A stretch of 64,000 bases of DNA, taken from Squalus acanthias (lineage: Eukaryota). The DNA is taken from NCBI GenBank assembly GCA_030390025.1, contig CM059432.1, forward strand, positions 149,980,001 to 150,044,000. The letters are read 5' to 3'. Below are positions 63,306 through 64,000 of this stretch, one piece after another. The notes under the pieces are model-generated. The model was given only the letters and a program-made list of their open reading frames with translations, had not been told where the DNA came from and did not search any database. Positions within the stretch are counted from its first letter, which is position 1, and every line of letters starts with the position of its first letter. The translations under genes and the position numbers were made by a program.

Positions 63306-64000
63306 GCTGCCCTCTCTGCTGCTCCCCTCTCTGCTGCTCCCTCTCTGCTGCTCCTCTCTCTGCTGCTCCCTCTCTGCTGCTCCTCTCTCTGCTGCTCCCT
63401 CTCTGCTGCTCCCCTCTCTGCTGCTCCCTCTCTGCTGCTCCTCTCTCTGCTGCTCCTCTCTCTGCTGCTCCTCTCTCTGCTGCTCCTCTCTCTGCTGCTC
63501 CCCTCTCTGCTGCTCCCTCTCTGCTGCTCCCCTCTCTGCTGCTCCCTCTCTGCTGCTCCTCTCTCTGCTGCTCCTCTCTCTGCTGCTCCTCTCTCTGCTG
63601 CTCCTCTCTCTGCTGCTCCCCTCTCTGCTGCTCCCTCTCTGCTGCTCCCCTCTCTGCTGCTCCCTTTCTGCTGCTCCCTCTCTCTGCTGCTCCTCTCTCT
63701 GCTGCTCCTCTCTCTGCTGCTCCTCTCTCTGCTGCTCCCCTCTCTGCTGCTCCCTCTCTGCTGCTCCCCTCTCTGCTGCTCCCTTTCTGCTGCTCCCTCT
63801 CTCTGCTGCTCCCTCTCTGCTGCTCCTCTCTCTGCTGCTCCCCTCTCTGCTGCTCCTCTCTCTGCTGCTCCTCTCTCTGCTGCTCCCCTCTCTGCTGCTC
63901 CTCTCTCTGCTGCTCCTCTCTCTGCTGCTCCCCTCTCTGCTGCTCCCCTCTCTGCTGCTCCTCTCTCTGCTGCTCCTCTCTCTGCTGCTCCCTTTCTGCT
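63306..64000. repeat. 15-17-bp minisatellite (CTGCTGCTCCTCTCTCT)n, running off the window
   Basis: Direct inspection. Confidence 0.95.

Overview
Eukaryotic, vertebrate-type DNA made almost entirely of nested transposable elements. The repeat mix (esterase-ORF1 CR1, Deu-domain SINEs, Penelope-like elements, many Harbingers) suggests a cartilaginous fish; this is an inference. No host protein-coding exon could be recognised. Main content: (1) a complete 4,124-bp PIF/Harbinger transposon (8030-12153; 16-bp TIRs, TAT TSD) with a 3-exon Myb/SANT gene facing a DDE transposase, inserted into the TATA box of a solo LTR (7412-13172, ACAG TSD); (2) five more degenerate Harbinger copies and several Harbinger-type MITEs; (3) a ~7.2-kb 37/39-bp satellite that grew from a single-copy branch-point segment in intron 1 of one Harbinger Myb gene; (4) an apparently intact full-length CR1 LINE whose ORF1/ORF2 junction is an in-frame U-UUA-AAC slippery heptamer, with ORF2 in the -1 frame and no AUG before its endonuclease motifs; (5) Penelope-like fragments carrying minimal hammerhead ribozymes, plus RTE, L2, hAT, Tigger-like and LTR remnants. 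All family assignments come from motif recognition by eye, not database searches.
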